Assembly (NCBI RefSeq): GCF_047972865.1
Contig: NZ_JBKEAY010000072.1
Coordinates: 959-64,958 of the forward strand
Origin: Microbacterium sp.
Lineage (GTDB): Bacteria; Actinomycetota; Actinomycetes; Actinomycetales; Microbacteriaceae
DNA: 64,000 bases
Direction: 5' to 3'
Part shown: positions 28,117 through 38,431 of the stretch, piece by piece
Numbering within the stretch: the stretch's first letter is position 1
Layout of the letters: each line of letters begins with the position of its first letter
Made by a program: the position numbers and the translations under genes
Notes under the pieces: model-generated
What the model saw: the letters and a program-made list of their open reading frames with translations, nothing else
Told to the model about the DNA's origin: nothing
Database searches by the model: none

Positions 28117-28144
28117 ACGCCGACCGCCCTCGGGCGGTCGGCGT
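28117..28144 (+). terminator. Intrinsic terminator-like hairpin after yiaA
   Basis: 13-bp IR ACGCCGACCGCCC-TC-GGGCGGTCGGCGT followed by TCGTCGT. Confidence 0.7.
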
Positions 28145-28149
28145 TCGTC

Positions 28150-28221
28150 GTGCAGGGAGGAGGGTGACACCTGAGGTGTTCGAGGTGACATACGTCGCAC
28201 CCGACACCGCCTCTCCTGCAC
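28150..28221. repeat. 72-nt imperfect palindrome, possibly a second REP-like family
   Basis: Outer arms GTGCAGGGAGG...CCTCTCCTGCAC and inner arms GGTGTTCGAGGTG...CACCCGACACC. Confidence 0.45.
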
Positions 28222-28254
28222 AACGCTCGCGGAAGCGGGAACCCGGCCGAGGGG

Positions 28255-28914
28255 TTACGGCCGGCCGGAGCGGAAACCGGTCACGTCGGTGCCGAGGTTC
28301 TCGCTGACCCACTCGTTCCAGACCGAGACCGTGCGCCACCGTGCAGCGATGATCGGCGCGGCATCCGGTGTCCACATCCACTCTGCGAGCGGTTCGCTAC
28401 GCCCGATCGCCACGCGCTTCAGGCGTAGCAACGCAATCTGTGGGTGGTCGACGGAGTAGCCGCGCGGTGCCGTCGTCAGCGAGCCATCGGTCATGGGCTC
28501 GAATCCGTCGGCGCGCACCTCGTCGAGCGTCGCATCGAGGTCACCGAACAACCGGTTGTCGTCGATGATTTCGCGGAACCGTTTCAGTGCGGCAGCCGGG
28601 ACATCGTACACGCCGCCGCCGATCACGATCCCCTCGTCGCTGAACTGCAGGTAGTGGGCCACCGGCGCTCGCGTCACCGTGCCGATATGCAGCTTGTACG
28701 GTGTCTTGTCGGCGCTGAAGCGCACGTCCCGGTACGGGCGGAACGTCTTCAGTGGTCCGAACTCGGTGGCCAGTTGCGCGCCGAGCGCGTCGAACGGCGC
28801 CCGCACATGGTCGTCGTACCGGGCCTTGTTCTCCAGCCACCACGTCTTCGTGTTGTTCACGCGTAACTCGGCGTAGAAGGCGGCGGCATCCGGGTGCAAT
28901 CCGGTGAACGTCAT
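28255..28914 (-). CDS. DUF2461 domain-containing protein
   Basis: NNTKTWW and FRPYRDVRFSADKTPYK motifs. Confidence 0.9.
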   Translation of the reverse strand: MTFTGLHPDAAAFYAELRVNNTKTWWLENKARYDDHVRAPFDALGAQLATEFGPLKTFRPYRDVRFSADKTPYKLHIGTVTRAPVAHYLQFSDEGIVIGGGVYDVPAAALKRFREIIDDNRLFGDLDATLDEVRADGFEPMTDGSLTTAPRGYSVDHPQIALLRLKRVAIGRSEPLAEWMWTPDAAPIIAARWRTVSVWNEWVSENLGTDVTGFRSGRP

Positions 28915-28973
28915 CCCCTCAGCCTATCCACGTCCCGTCCGCCCTCATCCCCGCCCCAGCCCGCCCTCCAACT

Positions 28974-29046
28974 CGCGAGACTGCACGGGCGGTATCGAGA
29001 CCGTGCGTAATACGCGAGGGCTCGATACCACGGCTGTAGTCTCGCG
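28974..29046. repeat. REP-like ~73-nt palindromic intergenic repeat, copy 2
   Basis: CGCGAGACTGCA...GGTATCGAG...CTCGATACC...TGTAGTCTCGCG. Confidence 0.85.
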
Positions 29047-29157
29047 CGCGGCGCGGCGCGGCGCGCGCGCCGCGGGGCGGGGCGGGGGAGTGAGGGGGAG
29101 TGAAGGGTGGGGCACAAACGATTGCCATGAGGTGGGGAAAGTGCGGTGCACATCTGG

Positions 29158-29203
29158 TGGCAATCGGTTGACAGATGGGGCATTTGTCGGGCACACTGAT
29201 GCC
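29158..29203 (+). promoter_or_regulatory. uxaC promoter (TTGACA 29168-73, CACACT 29192-97) with overlapping LacI-type operator TGGCAATCGGTTGACA
   Basis: CG-centred imperfect palindrome over the -35. A second box, AAACGATTGCCA, lies at 29116-29127. A LacI gene ends the operon. Confidence 0.7.
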
Positions 29204-30586
29204 ATGTCGCCGAGGATTCCCCGCTCGCAGCCGACGGCGCCCGGCGCGGCCGACGAGCTCTACCACGAGGTCGCCGACGCGCCGATCATCTCGCCGCACG
29301 GCCACGTCGACGCGGCGCTGCTCGCCGACGACGCTCCCTTCGGGGACCCGACCGAGTTGTTCATCACGCGGGACCACTACGTCACCCGGCTGCTGCACGC
29401 CTTCGGCATCCCGCTCGACGAGCTCGGCCTCGACCCGGTCCGGCCGGTCGACCCTCGCCATCCGTGGCGGCTGCTCGCAGACAACTGGCACCGCTTCGCC
29501 GGCACCGCGAGCGCCTCGTGGCTGACCCACGAACTGCGCACCATCTTTGACATCGACGACGAACTGTCGGCCGACAACGCCGACCGCCTGTACGACCGCA
29601 TCGACGCGCTGCTCCGTCGCCCCGAGCTGCGACCGCGCGCGCTGTTCGACCGGTTCCGTATCGACGTGCTCGCCACGACCGACGACCCGCTCGACGACCT
29701 CTCCGCGCACGCACGTCTGGCCGCCGACCCCGAGTTCACCGGGCGGGTGCTGCCGACGTTCCGCCCCGATGCGTACACTGACCCCGACGCGCCCGGATTC
29801 GGCGAGCGTATCGGACGACTCCTCGATGCCACCCAGTCGGCGGGGACGTTCGCCGGGTACCTGCGCGCGCTCCAGGAGCGCCGCGCGTACTTCATCTCGC
29901 ACGGGGCCGTGTCGGCCGACCACGGCGTCTATGAGCCGTTCACCACAGACCTCGACCCGGTCGCCGCCGAGCGGCTCTTCCAGGCCGTGCTGGCGGGCAC
30001 GGCCGACGCGGCACAGGCGCGCCTGTTCCGCGGCCACATGCTCTTCCAGATGGCGCGGATGAGCGTCGCCGACGGACTGGTGATGACGGTGCACCCGGGA
30101 GTGCGACGCAACCACCATTCCGGCACGTTCCGCGCGTACGGTCCCGACACCGGTCACGACATCCCGGTGCGCACCGAGTTCACCGAGAACCTCCGCCCGC
30201 TGCTGCAGGAATTCGGCACCGCCCCCGGATTCCACCTCGTCCTATTCGCCGTTGACGAGACCGTCTACTCACGCGAGGTCGCACCGCTGGCGGGCTTCTA
30301 CCCGAGCGTCTACATCGGCGCGCCGTGGTGGTTCCTGGACGCGCCCGACGCGATCGGACGGTGGCGCGCGGCGGTGACCGAGACCGCCGGCTTCTACCGT
30401 TCCAGCGGGTTCATCGACGACACCCGCGCGTTCCTGTCCATCCCCGCACGGCACGACACCGCGAGGCGCGCGGATGCCGTGTTCCTCGGTCGCCTGGTCG
30501 ACGAGGGACGGGTGCGCATGGACACGGCGCGCCGCATCGCGCGTGACCTCGTCGACGCTATCCCGCGGGAGGTGTTCAAGCTGTGA
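29204..30586 (+). CDS. uxaC: Glucuronate (uronate) isomerase
   Basis: SPHGHVD, RDHYVTR, ATTDDP, GAPWWFLD and GFIDDTRAF. Confidence 0.93.
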   Translation: MSPRIPRSQPTAPGAADELYHEVADAPIISPHGHVDAALLADDAPFGDPTELFITRDHYVTRLLHAFGIPLDELGLDPVRPVDPRHPWRLLADNWHRFAGTASASWLTHELRTIFDIDDELSADNADRLYDRIDALLRRPELRPRALFDRFRIDVLATTDDPLDDLSAHARLAADPEFTGRVLPTFRPDAYTDPDAPGFGERIGRLLDATQSAGTFAGYLRALQERRAYFISHGAVSADHGVYEPFTTDLDPVAAERLFQAVLAGTADAAQARLFRGHMLFQMARMSVADGLVMTVHPGVRRNHHSGTFRAYGPDTGHDIPVRTEFTENLRPLLQEFGTAPGFHLVLFAVDETVYSREVAPLAGFYPSVYIGAPWWFLDAPDAIGRWRAAVTETAGFYRSSGFIDDTRAFLSIPARHDTARRADAVFLGRLVDEGRVRMDTARRIARDLVDAIPREVFKL

Positions 30587-31974
30587 CCCCGGTACCGCTC
30601 ACCCGCGCCGCACTGGCCGCACGCGGGGCCCCCGCCTCGGCAGCGCCGGTGCGCATCGTGCACCTCGGCCTCGGCCACTTCTTCCGCGCGCATCAGGCCT
30701 GGTTCACGGCGCGCGCCGCGGATGCCCACCAGTGGGGCATCGCGGCCTTCACCGGTCGCAGCCGTCACATCGCCGACGACCTGACCGCTCAGGACGGACT
30801 GTTCACGCTCGTCGAGCGCGGTCCCGACGGCGACCGCGTCGAGGTGGTCACCAGCGTCAGCGAGGCCGCCACCGGCACCGACCTGACCCGGTTGGCGGCG
30901 CTCGTGTCCGACCCCGCCGTCGCGATCATCACCCTCACCGTCACCGAGAGTGGTTACCGGTTGCACGCCGACGGCACGCCCGATCCGGACGACGCGGACC
31001 TGGCGGCCGACCTCCGGGCGCTCGGCGAGCACGGCACCGGCGCCGAGCCGGGAACCGTGCTGGGACGCCTGGTGTACGCGCTCGCCGCTCGCCGGTCCGC
31101 CGCGGCGGGCCCGATCGCCGTCGTCCCCTGCGACAACATCCCCGACAACGGCGCGTTCCTCGCCCGCGGCGTCACCGTCGCCGCCGCCCGGGTCGACCCG
31201 TCGCTGGCGGAATGGGTGAGGCAGAACGTGTCGTTCGTGAGCACGTCGGTCGACCGCATCACCCCGCACGCCGAGGCTCCCGACGCCGTCGCGGATGCCG
31301 GTTGGACCGACACGGCAGCCGTGGTCACCGAGCCGTTTGCCGACTGGGTGCTCGCGGGGCGGTTCCCCGCCGGCCGACCCGACTGGGTCAGCGCGGGGGC
31401 GCGTTGCGTCGACGACATCGAACCCTGGGAGAACCGTAAGCTCTGGCTGCTCAACGGCGCGCACAGCATCCTCACCTTCGCCGGACTGCCCCGCGGCCTG
31501 ACGACGGTCGCCGAGGCGATGGCGGATGCGCAATGCCGGGCACTCGTGGAGAGCTTCTGGGACGAGGCGGTGCGATGCCTGCCGGACGACGCCGACCACG
31601 TCGCCTATCGCGCCCAGTTGCGTGAGCGGTTCGCCAACCCGCGGATCGTGCACCGGCTGGAGCAGATCTCCGTCGACGCCACCGTCAAAGTACAGGTGCG
31701 CATCGCGGCCGTCGCCGAGCGCACACTCGCCGCCGGCCGGGCACCCGAAGGCACCGTGCTCGCGTTGGCGTCGTGGATCGGCTGGGTCTGTACCGACACC
31801 GGCGCTCGCGACGCCCGCACCGACGAGGTTGTGCGGGCGCGAGACGCGGCCGACCCGGTCCTCGCGCTGATCGCACTGGTCTCGCCGGTGCTCGCCGCCG
31901 ATGCCGCCACTGTTGCGCGGGTCCGTGCCGCCGGTGCGGTCCAGGACGCAGCATCCGCAGACGTTCTCCCCTGA
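30583..31974 (+). CDS. uxuB: Mannitol dehydrogenase family protein, probable D-mannonate oxidoreductase
   Basis: IVHLGLGHFFRAHQA, TVTESGY, PCDN, VDRITP and KLWLLNGAHS; operon context. Confidence 0.85.
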   Translation: MTPVPLTRAALAARGAPASAAPVRIVHLGLGHFFRAHQAWFTARAADAHQWGIAAFTGRSRHIADDLTAQDGLFTLVERGPDGDRVEVVTSVSEAATGTDLTRLAALVSDPAVAIITLTVTESGYRLHADGTPDPDDADLAADLRALGEHGTGAEPGTVLGRLVYALAARRSAAAGPIAVVPCDNIPDNGAFLARGVTVAAARVDPSLAEWVRQNVSFVSTSVDRITPHAEAPDAVADAGWTDTAAVVTEPFADWVLAGRFPAGRPDWVSAGARCVDDIEPWENRKLWLLNGAHSILTFAGLPRGLTTVAEAMADAQCRALVESFWDEAVRCLPDDADHVAYRAQLRERFANPRIVHRLEQISVDATVKVQVRIAAVAERTLAAGRAPEGTVLALASWIGWVCTDTGARDARTDEVVRARDAADPVLALIALVSPVLAADAATVARVRAAGAVQDAASADVLP

Positions 31975-32010
31975 TCCCTACCGCGCACCGAAGCGCAGAA
32001 AGGCACCCCC

Positions 32011-33792
32011 ATGCTCAAGCCTCAGGAAACCGCCACCCGAGAACTACTGTCGCTGGAAGGCCTCTGGAAGTTCGCCCTCGACAGCCCCGACGTGCCGAGC
32101 CCGTGGACTGCACCGCTGGCGACGACTCGTGAAGCGCCGGTCCCGGCCAGCTACAACGATCTGTTCACCGATGCGGCGATCCGCGACCACATCGGCTGGG
32201 TCTGGTACCAGCGCACCGTGCGCGTGCCACGCGGCTGGGCGGGGGAGCGCATCGTGATCCGTGTGGACGCGGCCACCCACGAGGGCGTCGTCTACGTCGA
32301 CGACACCAAGGTCGCCGCGCACGAGGGCGGCTACCTTCCGTTCGAAGCCGACGTCACCGACCTGGTCACTCCCGGAGGCGAGTTCCGCCTCACGATCGGC
32401 GTCAACAACGTGCTCACCCCGGACACCATCCCGCCCGGGTTGGTCGCCGACCTGCCCAACGGACGCAAACAGCAGGGGTACATGCACGACTTCTACAACT
32501 ACGCGGGCCTGCACCGCGCCGTGTGGCTGTTGTCGCGTCCGGCGGTGCACGTCGATGACATCACCGTCGTCACCGGTATCGACGGGTCCACCGGAACGGT
32601 CGACTACCGGGTGCAGACCTCGCAGGCCTCAGACGTCTCGGTGCGGTTGGTTGACGCCGACGGTATCGAGGTCGGTGCCGCCGACGGGGCCGCGGGGGTG
32701 TTGCGCGTCGCCGACGCGACCCTGTGGCGACCGGGCGCCGCCTACCTCTACCGGCTCGAGGTCGATGCGCGTGTCGACGGCACGGTCGTGGACCAGTACT
32801 CGCTCGCCGTCGGCATCCGCACCGTGGCGGTGCAGGGCGGCACGTTCCTCATCAACGGTGAGCCGTTCTACTTCACCGGGTTCGGTCGCCACGAAGACAC
32901 CGCCGTGCGCGGCAAGGGCCACGACCGGGCCTACCTCGTGCACGACATGGAACTGTCGAACTGGATCGGCGCCAACTCGTTCCGCACCTCGCACTACCCG
33001 TACGACGAGGAAGTGCTCGACTATGCCGACCGCCACGGCATCGTCGTCATCGATGAGACCGCCGCCGTCGGCCTGAACAAGCGAATCTCCGGCGGCATCG
33101 CCGACTTGCTGCAGGGCGCCTCCGGTGACTTCGCCGATGGTTTCGGGCCCCGGATGCAGGACGCGCACCGGCGCGAGATCCGTGAGTTGATCGCCCGCGA
33201 CAAGAACCACCCGTCGGTGGTGATGTGGTCGATTGCGAACGAGCCCGACACGATGGCCGACGGCACCTACGAGTACTTCGAGCCGCTGTTCGCCCTCACC
33301 CGCGAACTGGACCCGACACGGCCGGTGACGTTCGTCAACGTGATGATGGCACCGCCGGAGGTGTGCCGCGTGTCGAGCCTGCCCGATGTGCTGTGCCTGA
33401 ACCGCTACTACGGCTGGTACGTCGGCGCCGGAGACCTCGCCACCGCGGAGGTGAAACTGGAGGAGGAACTGCGCGCGTGGGAGACCAAGTACGGCAAGCC
33501 GATCATCATGACCGAGTACGGCGCCGACACGATCACCGGCTACCACTCGGTGTGGGACCAGCCGTGGACGGAGGAGTTCCAGATCGGGATGCTCGACGTC
33601 TACCACCGGGTGTTCGACCGGATCGACGCGATGGCCGGCGAACACGTGTGGAACTTCGCCGACTTCCAGACGTCGGCCGGCTTCTTCCGGGTTGACGGCA
33701 ACAAGAAGGGCGTGTTCACGCGCGACCGCAAACCGAAGTCGGCGGCGCACGCGCTGCGGGCCCGTTGGACCGCGCTACGCGACGCCGACTGA
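32011..33792 (+). CDS. uidA: Beta-glucuronidase (GH2)
   Basis: VPASYND, DFYNYAG, NSFRTSHYPY, WSIANEP (acid/base), TEYGAD (nucleophile) and GNKKG (N-K motif). Confidence 0.94.
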   Translation: MLKPQETATRELLSLEGLWKFALDSPDVPSPWTAPLATTREAPVPASYNDLFTDAAIRDHIGWVWYQRTVRVPRGWAGERIVIRVDAATHEGVVYVDDTKVAAHEGGYLPFEADVTDLVTPGGEFRLTIGVNNVLTPDTIPPGLVADLPNGRKQQGYMHDFYNYAGLHRAVWLLSRPAVHVDDITVVTGIDGSTGTVDYRVQTSQASDVSVRLVDADGIEVGAADGAAGVLRVADATLWRPGAAYLYRLEVDARVDGTVVDQYSLAVGIRTVAVQGGTFLINGEPFYFTGFGRHEDTAVRGKGHDRAYLVHDMELSNWIGANSFRTSHYPYDEEVLDYADRHGIVVIDETAAVGLNKRISGGIADLLQGASGDFADGFGPRMQDAHRREIRELIARDKNHPSVVMWSIANEPDTMADGTYEYFEPLFALTRELDPTRPVTFVNVMMAPPEVCRVSSLPDVLCLNRYYGWYVGAGDLATAEVKLEEELRAWETKYGKPIIMTEYGADTITGYHSVWDQPWTEEFQIGMLDVYHRVFDRIDAMAGEHVWNFADFQTSAGFFRVDGNKKGVFTRDRKPKSAAHALRARWTALRDAD

Positions 33793-33850
33793 CAACCGAT
33801 CCCCCCGGGTGGCGTCCGCGCCACCCTCCCGTTGAGGCAAAGGAGCACTC

Positions 33851-35413
33851 ATGACAACCACAAAATCGGGCGCGAGCGCGCCCGCGAAAGACAGACTCGG
33901 CGCACTCAGCATCCTCGGCTACGGCGCCGGCGATGCCGCCAACAACCTCGCGTTCACGACGGCGACCATGTTCCTGCTGGTCTACTACACGGATGTCGCC
34001 GGTATTTCGGCGGCAGCTGTCGGCACGCTGTTCCTGGTGTTGCGCATCTTCGACGCGTTCACCGACGTGGCCGCCGGCCGTCTCGTCGACAAGGTGAACA
34101 CCAAGCGGTGGGGCAAGTTCCGGCCGTTCATCCTGTTCGGATCGTTGCCGCTGCTGCTGCTGTCGGTGGCGACCTTCCACGTGCCGCAGATCGGTGAGAG
34201 CGGCATGCTGCTCTACGCGTACGTGACGTACGGTCTGCTCGGGATCGCCTACACCCTCGTCAACATTCCGTACGGATCACTTGCGGCGGCGATGACGCAG
34301 GTGCCGGGGGAGCGCGCCAAACTCGCCAGCGCGCGGACCGTTGGTGCTGCTGTGGTCGGCGGTGCACTCGGGGTCTTCGTGGCTCCGCAGCTGGGTGCCG
34401 GCGCGGACCTGCAGGGCATCTTCACCACCGTCACCGTGTCGTTCGTGTTCATCGGCATGGCGCTGTACCTGTTCACCTTCTTCACCACGAAGGAGCGGGT
34501 GTACCGCAAGATCCCCCACGTCACCATGAAGCAGTCGTTCGCGACGCTCAAGGGCAACAAGCCGTTGCTCATGCTCTGCTTCAGCTCGCTGCTGCTGCTG
34601 ACGGGGATGATCTCGATGACGACGGCGCAGATCTACCTCATGCGCGATGTGTTCGACAGCGTCGGGCTGGTTGCGGTGATCTCGCTGTCGCAGCTCGTGC
34701 TGATCTTCTTGCTGGCTCCCTTCGTCCCGCTGGTGGTCCGCAAGATCGGCAAGCGCACGGCGTACATCATCGGCGCGCTGATCGGCGCCGGCGGCATGGT
34801 GATCGCCTTCTTCGCGCCGAGCGCGGTCGTCGCCCTGGTCGGTTTGATCATCGCGATGGTCGGGATGCTGCTGGTCAACATGCTCATCTGGGCGATCGAG
34901 GCGGACACGGTCGAGTACGGTGAGTGGAAGACCGGTGTGCGCACCGAGGGCATCACCTACGCGTTGTTCTCGTTCACGCGCAAGACGGGGCAGGCCTTCG
35001 GCGGTGCGCTCGCAGCCTACGCGATCGGGCTCGGCGGCTACGTCGCCGGCGAGAGTCTCACCTCGGCCGCCGAATGGGGCATCCGCGCGGGTGTCGCCGG
35101 ACTGCCCGCGGTGTGCGTCGTGCTGGCTGCGCTCGTCATGCTGTTCTACCCGCTCACCGACAAGGTGCACGCCACGATCGTCTCCGAGATCACGCAGCGG
35201 CGTGCCCAGGAGCAGGCGGACGAGGGGCTCACCCCGACCGAGGCGGCGATGGCGCTCGGCGCCGAAGCGCTCAGCGTCGAGTCCGAGCCGGGAGCGGCCG
35301 GCGCCCAGCAGGATGTCTCTCTCTCGACGGCGGCGTTCTCGACGGGCCGCGCTCAGCCTGGCGGCGCACAGGACCGGAAGGGCCGCAAGAAGCGGTCCGA
35401 CACCCCGCAGTGA
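33851..35413 (+). CDS. uidB: Glucuronide:cation symporter (GPH family MFS)
   Basis: [24 protein letters not shown] and [12 protein letters not shown]; follows uidA. Confidence 0.88.
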   Translation: MTTTKSGASAPAKDRLGALSILGYGAGDAANNLAFTTATMFLLVYYTDVAGISAAAVGTLFLVLRIFDAFTDVAAGRLVDKVNTKRWGKFRPFILFGSLPLLLLSVATFHVPQIGESGMLLYAYVTYGLLGIAYTLVNIPYGSLAAAMTQVPGERAKLASARTVGAAVVGGALGVFVAPQLGAGADLQGIFTTVTVSFVFIGMALYLFTFFTTKERVYRKIPHVTMKQSFATLKGNKPLLMLCFSSLLLLTGMISMTTAQIYLMRDVFDSVGLVAVISLSQLVLIFLLAPFVPLVVRKIGKRTAYIIGALIGAGGMVIAFFAPSAVVALVGLIIAMVGMLLVNMLIWAIEADTVEYGEWKTGVRTEGITYALFSFTRKTGQAFGGALAAYAIGLGGYVAGESLTSAAEWGIRAGVAGLPAVCVVLAALVMLFYPLTDKVHATIVSEITQRRAQEQADEGLTPTEAAMALGAEALSVESEPGAAGAQQDVSLSTAAFSTGRAQPGGAQDRKGRKKRSDTPQ

Positions 35414-35420
35414 TCACACC

Positions 35421-35451
35421 CCCGGTGGCGGGCGTCCCGCCCGCCACCGGG
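35421..35451. other. GC-rich intra-operon hairpin between uidB and manD
   Basis: CCCGGTGGCGGGCG-TCC-CGCCCGCCACCGGG, a 14-bp stem with no U-tract. Confidence 0.6.
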
Positions 35452-35483
35452 ACCATCCCCCCACCCCCGCAAGGAGCACAGTC

Positions 35484-36722
35484 ATGATCATCGACAAAGC
35501 CGAGGTCGTCGTCACGAGTCCGGACCGCAACTTCGTGACGCTCAAGCTGACCACCGACGAGGGCCACACCGGCCTCGGTGACGCGACGTTGAACGGTCGC
35601 GAGCTGGCGGTGGTCGCCTACCTCACCGAGCACGTCGTGCCCCTGCTGATCGGCTCGGACGCGTCGAAGATCGAGGACACCTGGCAGTTCCTGTACCGCT
35701 CGGCGTACTGGCGGCGGGGCCCGGTCACGATGGCGGCCGCCGCGGCCGTCGACATGGCGCTGTGGGACATCAAGGGCAAGGCTGCCGGGATGCCGGTGTA
35801 CCAGCTGTTGGGCGGCGCCAGCCGAAACGGCTTGCTCGCCTATGGGCACGCGTCGGGGAAGGAACTGCCCGAACTGTTCGACTCGGTGCGCGCGCATCTG
35901 GAACAGGGATACAAGGCGATCCGCATCCAGACCGGGGTGCCGGGTCTGAAAGCGATCTACGGCATCGCATCGCAGTCCTCCGACACCGGCGGCGGCCAGG
36001 CCCGCTACGACCACGAGCCGGCGCGGCGCGGCACCAAGCCGGTGCAAGAGGACTGGGACACCCGCGCGTACCTGCGGCACCTCCCCGGGGTGTTCGAGGC
36101 GGTCCGGGCCGAGTTCGGTCCCGAGCTGCCGTTGCTGCACGACGGACACCATCGGATGACCCCGATTCAGGCCGCGAAGCTCGGGAAGGCGCTGGAGCCG
36201 TACGATCTGTTCTGGCTGGAGGATTGCACTCCGGCGGAGAACCAGGAGGCGTTGCGGCTTGTGCGGCAGCACACCACGACGCCGTTGGCGATCGGAGAGG
36301 TCTTCAACACCGTGTGGGATGTCAAGGACCTCATCCGCGACCAGCTCATCGACTACGTCCGCGGTGCGGTCACTCACATGGGTGGCATCACCCCCCTGAA
36401 GAAGACACTGGAGTACGCGGCGTTGTACCAGGTGAAGTCTGGCATGCACGGCCCTACCGACATCTCCCCGGTCGGCATGGCTGCCGCGATGCACCTCGGC
36501 CTGGCGATCCACAACTTCGGCATCCAGGAGTACATGCAGCACGGGGCCGCCACCGACCGGGTGTTCCAGCAGTCGTTCACCTGGCAGGACGGCTACCTGC
36601 ACCCCGGCGACCTTCCCGGGCTCGGCGTGGAAATGGATGCCGACGAGGCGGGGAAGTACCCCTACGAGCGGGCGTACCTGCCGTACAACCGGCTCGCCGA
36701 CGGCACCGTGCATGACTGGTGA
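35484..36722 (+). CDS. manD: D-mannonate dehydratase (RspA/ManD, enolase superfamily)
   Basis: [29 protein letters not shown] and [17 protein letters not shown]. Confidence 0.9.
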   Translation: MIIDKAEVVVTSPDRNFVTLKLTTDEGHTGLGDATLNGRELAVVAYLTEHVVPLLIGSDASKIEDTWQFLYRSAYWRRGPVTMAAAAAVDMALWDIKGKAAGMPVYQLLGGASRNGLLAYGHASGKELPELFDSVRAHLEQGYKAIRIQTGVPGLKAIYGIASQSSDTGGGQARYDHEPARRGTKPVQEDWDTRAYLRHLPGVFEAVRAEFGPELPLLHDGHHRMTPIQAAKLGKALEPYDLFWLEDCTPAENQEALRLVRQHTTTPLAIGEVFNTVWDVKDLIRDQLIDYVRGAVTHMGGITPLKKTLEYAALYQVKSGMHGPTDISPVGMAAAMHLGLAIHNFGIQEYMQHGAATDRVFQQSFTWQDGYLHPGDLPGLGVEMDADEAGKYPYERAYLPYNRLADGTVHDW

Positions 36723-37260
36723 GTCGGCCCCGCACCCCCGCGGGCGCGCTATCGTCGTGATGGGCGTGTCAGCGGCTGGCAAGTCGACGGTCGCCGCCGC
36801 GCTGGCTCGCCGTTTCGGCATCGACTGGGCGGATGCCGACGACCTCCACCCGCCCGCCAACGTCGCCAAGATGGCCGCGGGTATCCCGCTCGACGACGAC
36901 GACCGAGCACCGTGGCTCGCCGCCGTCGGCCGACGCCTCGCGGACGGCGCGGCCGGCGGGGGCCTGGTCGTGGCCTGCTCGGCGCTCAAGCGGGGCTACC
37001 GTGACCTGTTGCGCGATGCCTGCCCTGACGCCGTGTTCGTGTATCTGGACGGATCCCCCCGATTGCTGTCCGCGCGAGCAGCCGAGCGTACCGAGCACTT
37101 CATGCCGCCCGGCTTGCTGGACTCACAGTTCGCTATCTTGGAACCGTTGCAGCGCGACGAACGAGGGATTCGGGTCGATGTGGACGACTCGGTCGACGAC
37201 ATCGTCGCGCTCGCCGAGAAAGGGGTGCGGGGGTGTGACACAGACCCGGGACAGCGGTGA
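36712..37260 (+). CDS. Gluconokinase (GntK/IdnK type)
   Basis: [29 protein letters not shown] and HFMP...SQF..LEP. Confidence 0.9.
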   Translation: MTGESAPHPRGRAIVVMGVSAAGKSTVAAALARRFGIDWADADDLHPPANVAKMAAGIPLDDDDRAPWLAAVGRRLADGAAGGGLVVACSALKRGYRDLLRDACPDAVFVYLDGSPRLLSARAAERTEHFMPPGLLDSQFAILEPLQRDERGIRVDVDDSVDDIVALAEKGVRGCDTDPGQR

Positions 37261-38272
37261 CGACAGGGCATCCGCGCGTGCGCGGAAGCCGGGGACAGCG
37301 ACGATCTACGACATTGCAGAGCTCGCCGGTGTCAGCCCGTCGACCGTGTCGCGGGCGCTGTCGAAGCCGGGCCGCATCAGCGCCGGGACCGAGCAGCGGA
37401 TCCGCGCCGCGGCCGCCGAACTGAAATTTCGGGTCAATCCGGTGGCGCGGGCGTTGCACACCGGCCGCCACCACACGATCGGACTGGTCGTTGCCGACAT
37501 CACCAACCCGGTGGTGTTCGGGATCGTCCGTGGTGCTGAGCATGCTGCCAGCGCCGCCGGCTACACGCTGGTGATCGCCGAGTCGCAGGAGTCCGGCCAG
37601 ACCGAGGCGGAGGCCATCGAGCGACTGCTGCCCAGCGTGGACGGTTTGATCCTGGCCACGACGCGACTGGCCGACGACCGTATCGCCGAGTTGGCCGACC
37701 GGAAGCCCGTCGTGCTGATCAACCGCGCCGTCTCCGGCGTCGACGGGGTGCTGCCCGACGTGCAGCGCGGTGTCGGCGAGCTGATGGCGCATCTGAGCGG
37801 ACTGGGTCACCGTTCGCTGGCGTTCGTCTCCGGTCCCGAGTCATCGTGGATCGGCCGACAACGGTGGGATCGGCTGCTGGAGGCATCCGAATCGCTCGAT
37901 GTCGCGGTCGTGGAGATCGGTCCGAACGCCCCCACCATCGAGGGTGGGCACGACGCGCTGCGGCGGGTGCTCGCGGCCCGGCCGTCCGCCGTTGTGGCAT
38001 TCAACGATCTGATCGCGATCGGGCTCATGCAGGCGGCGTCGGCCCGGGGCATGCGCGTGCCCGACGATCTGAGTGTCGCCGGATTCGACGACATCTTCGG
38101 CAGCGAGCTCATCGTGCCGTCTCTGACGACTGTGCGCAGCCGGCTGGTGGAGGCCGGCGAGCGGGCCGTTCGCGGCATCCTGGCCCGCACCGATCAGACT
38201 CCAGCTCCCGACGGCGGACTGTTGCGGACCGAGCTCGTCGTGCGCGGATCGACCGGTCCCGCGGCGTCTTAA
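37235..38272 (+). CDS. LacI family transcriptional regulator
   Basis: TIYDIAELAGVSPSTVSRAL, FNDLIA, SVAGFDD and LTTV. Start approximate. Confidence 0.92.
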   Translation: MTQTRDSGDDRASARARKPGTATIYDIAELAGVSPSTVSRALSKPGRISAGTEQRIRAAAAELKFRVNPVARALHTGRHHTIGLVVADITNPVVFGIVRGAEHAASAAGYTLVIAESQESGQTEAEAIERLLPSVDGLILATTRLADDRIAELADRKPVVLINRAVSGVDGVLPDVQRGVGELMAHLSGLGHRSLAFVSGPESSWIGRQRWDRLLEASESLDVAVVEIGPNAPTIEGGHDALRRVLAARPSAVVAFNDLIAIGLMQAASARGMRVPDDLSVAGFDDIFGSELIVPSLTTVRSRLVEAGERAVRGILARTDQTPAPDGGLLRTELVVRGSTGPAAS

Positions 38273-38324
38273 CGCTCCGACTCGGCCCGCGTCGCAGCCC
38301 GCCGGCCAACGAGACCGTCGGCCA

Positions 38325-38395
38325 GCGAGACTACACGGGCGGTAGCGAGACCGCGTGTTTTGCGAGCGGCTTCGATACTCCGGTTGCGGTCTCGC
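38325..38395. repeat. REP-like ~73-nt palindromic intergenic repeat, copy 3
   Basis: GCGAGACTACA...GGTAGCGAG...TTCGATACT...TGCGGTCTCGC. Confidence 0.8.
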
Positions 38396-38431
38396 GGGCT
38401 CGAGCGCGGGTCGGGCGGGTAGTGTCACGGG

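Noticed and set aside
5911..38395. Treating the three repeats as ends of a composite transposon or att sites
   Set aside because: No transposase or integrase is present, the copies are diverged and self-palindromic, and the genes between them look chromosomal.
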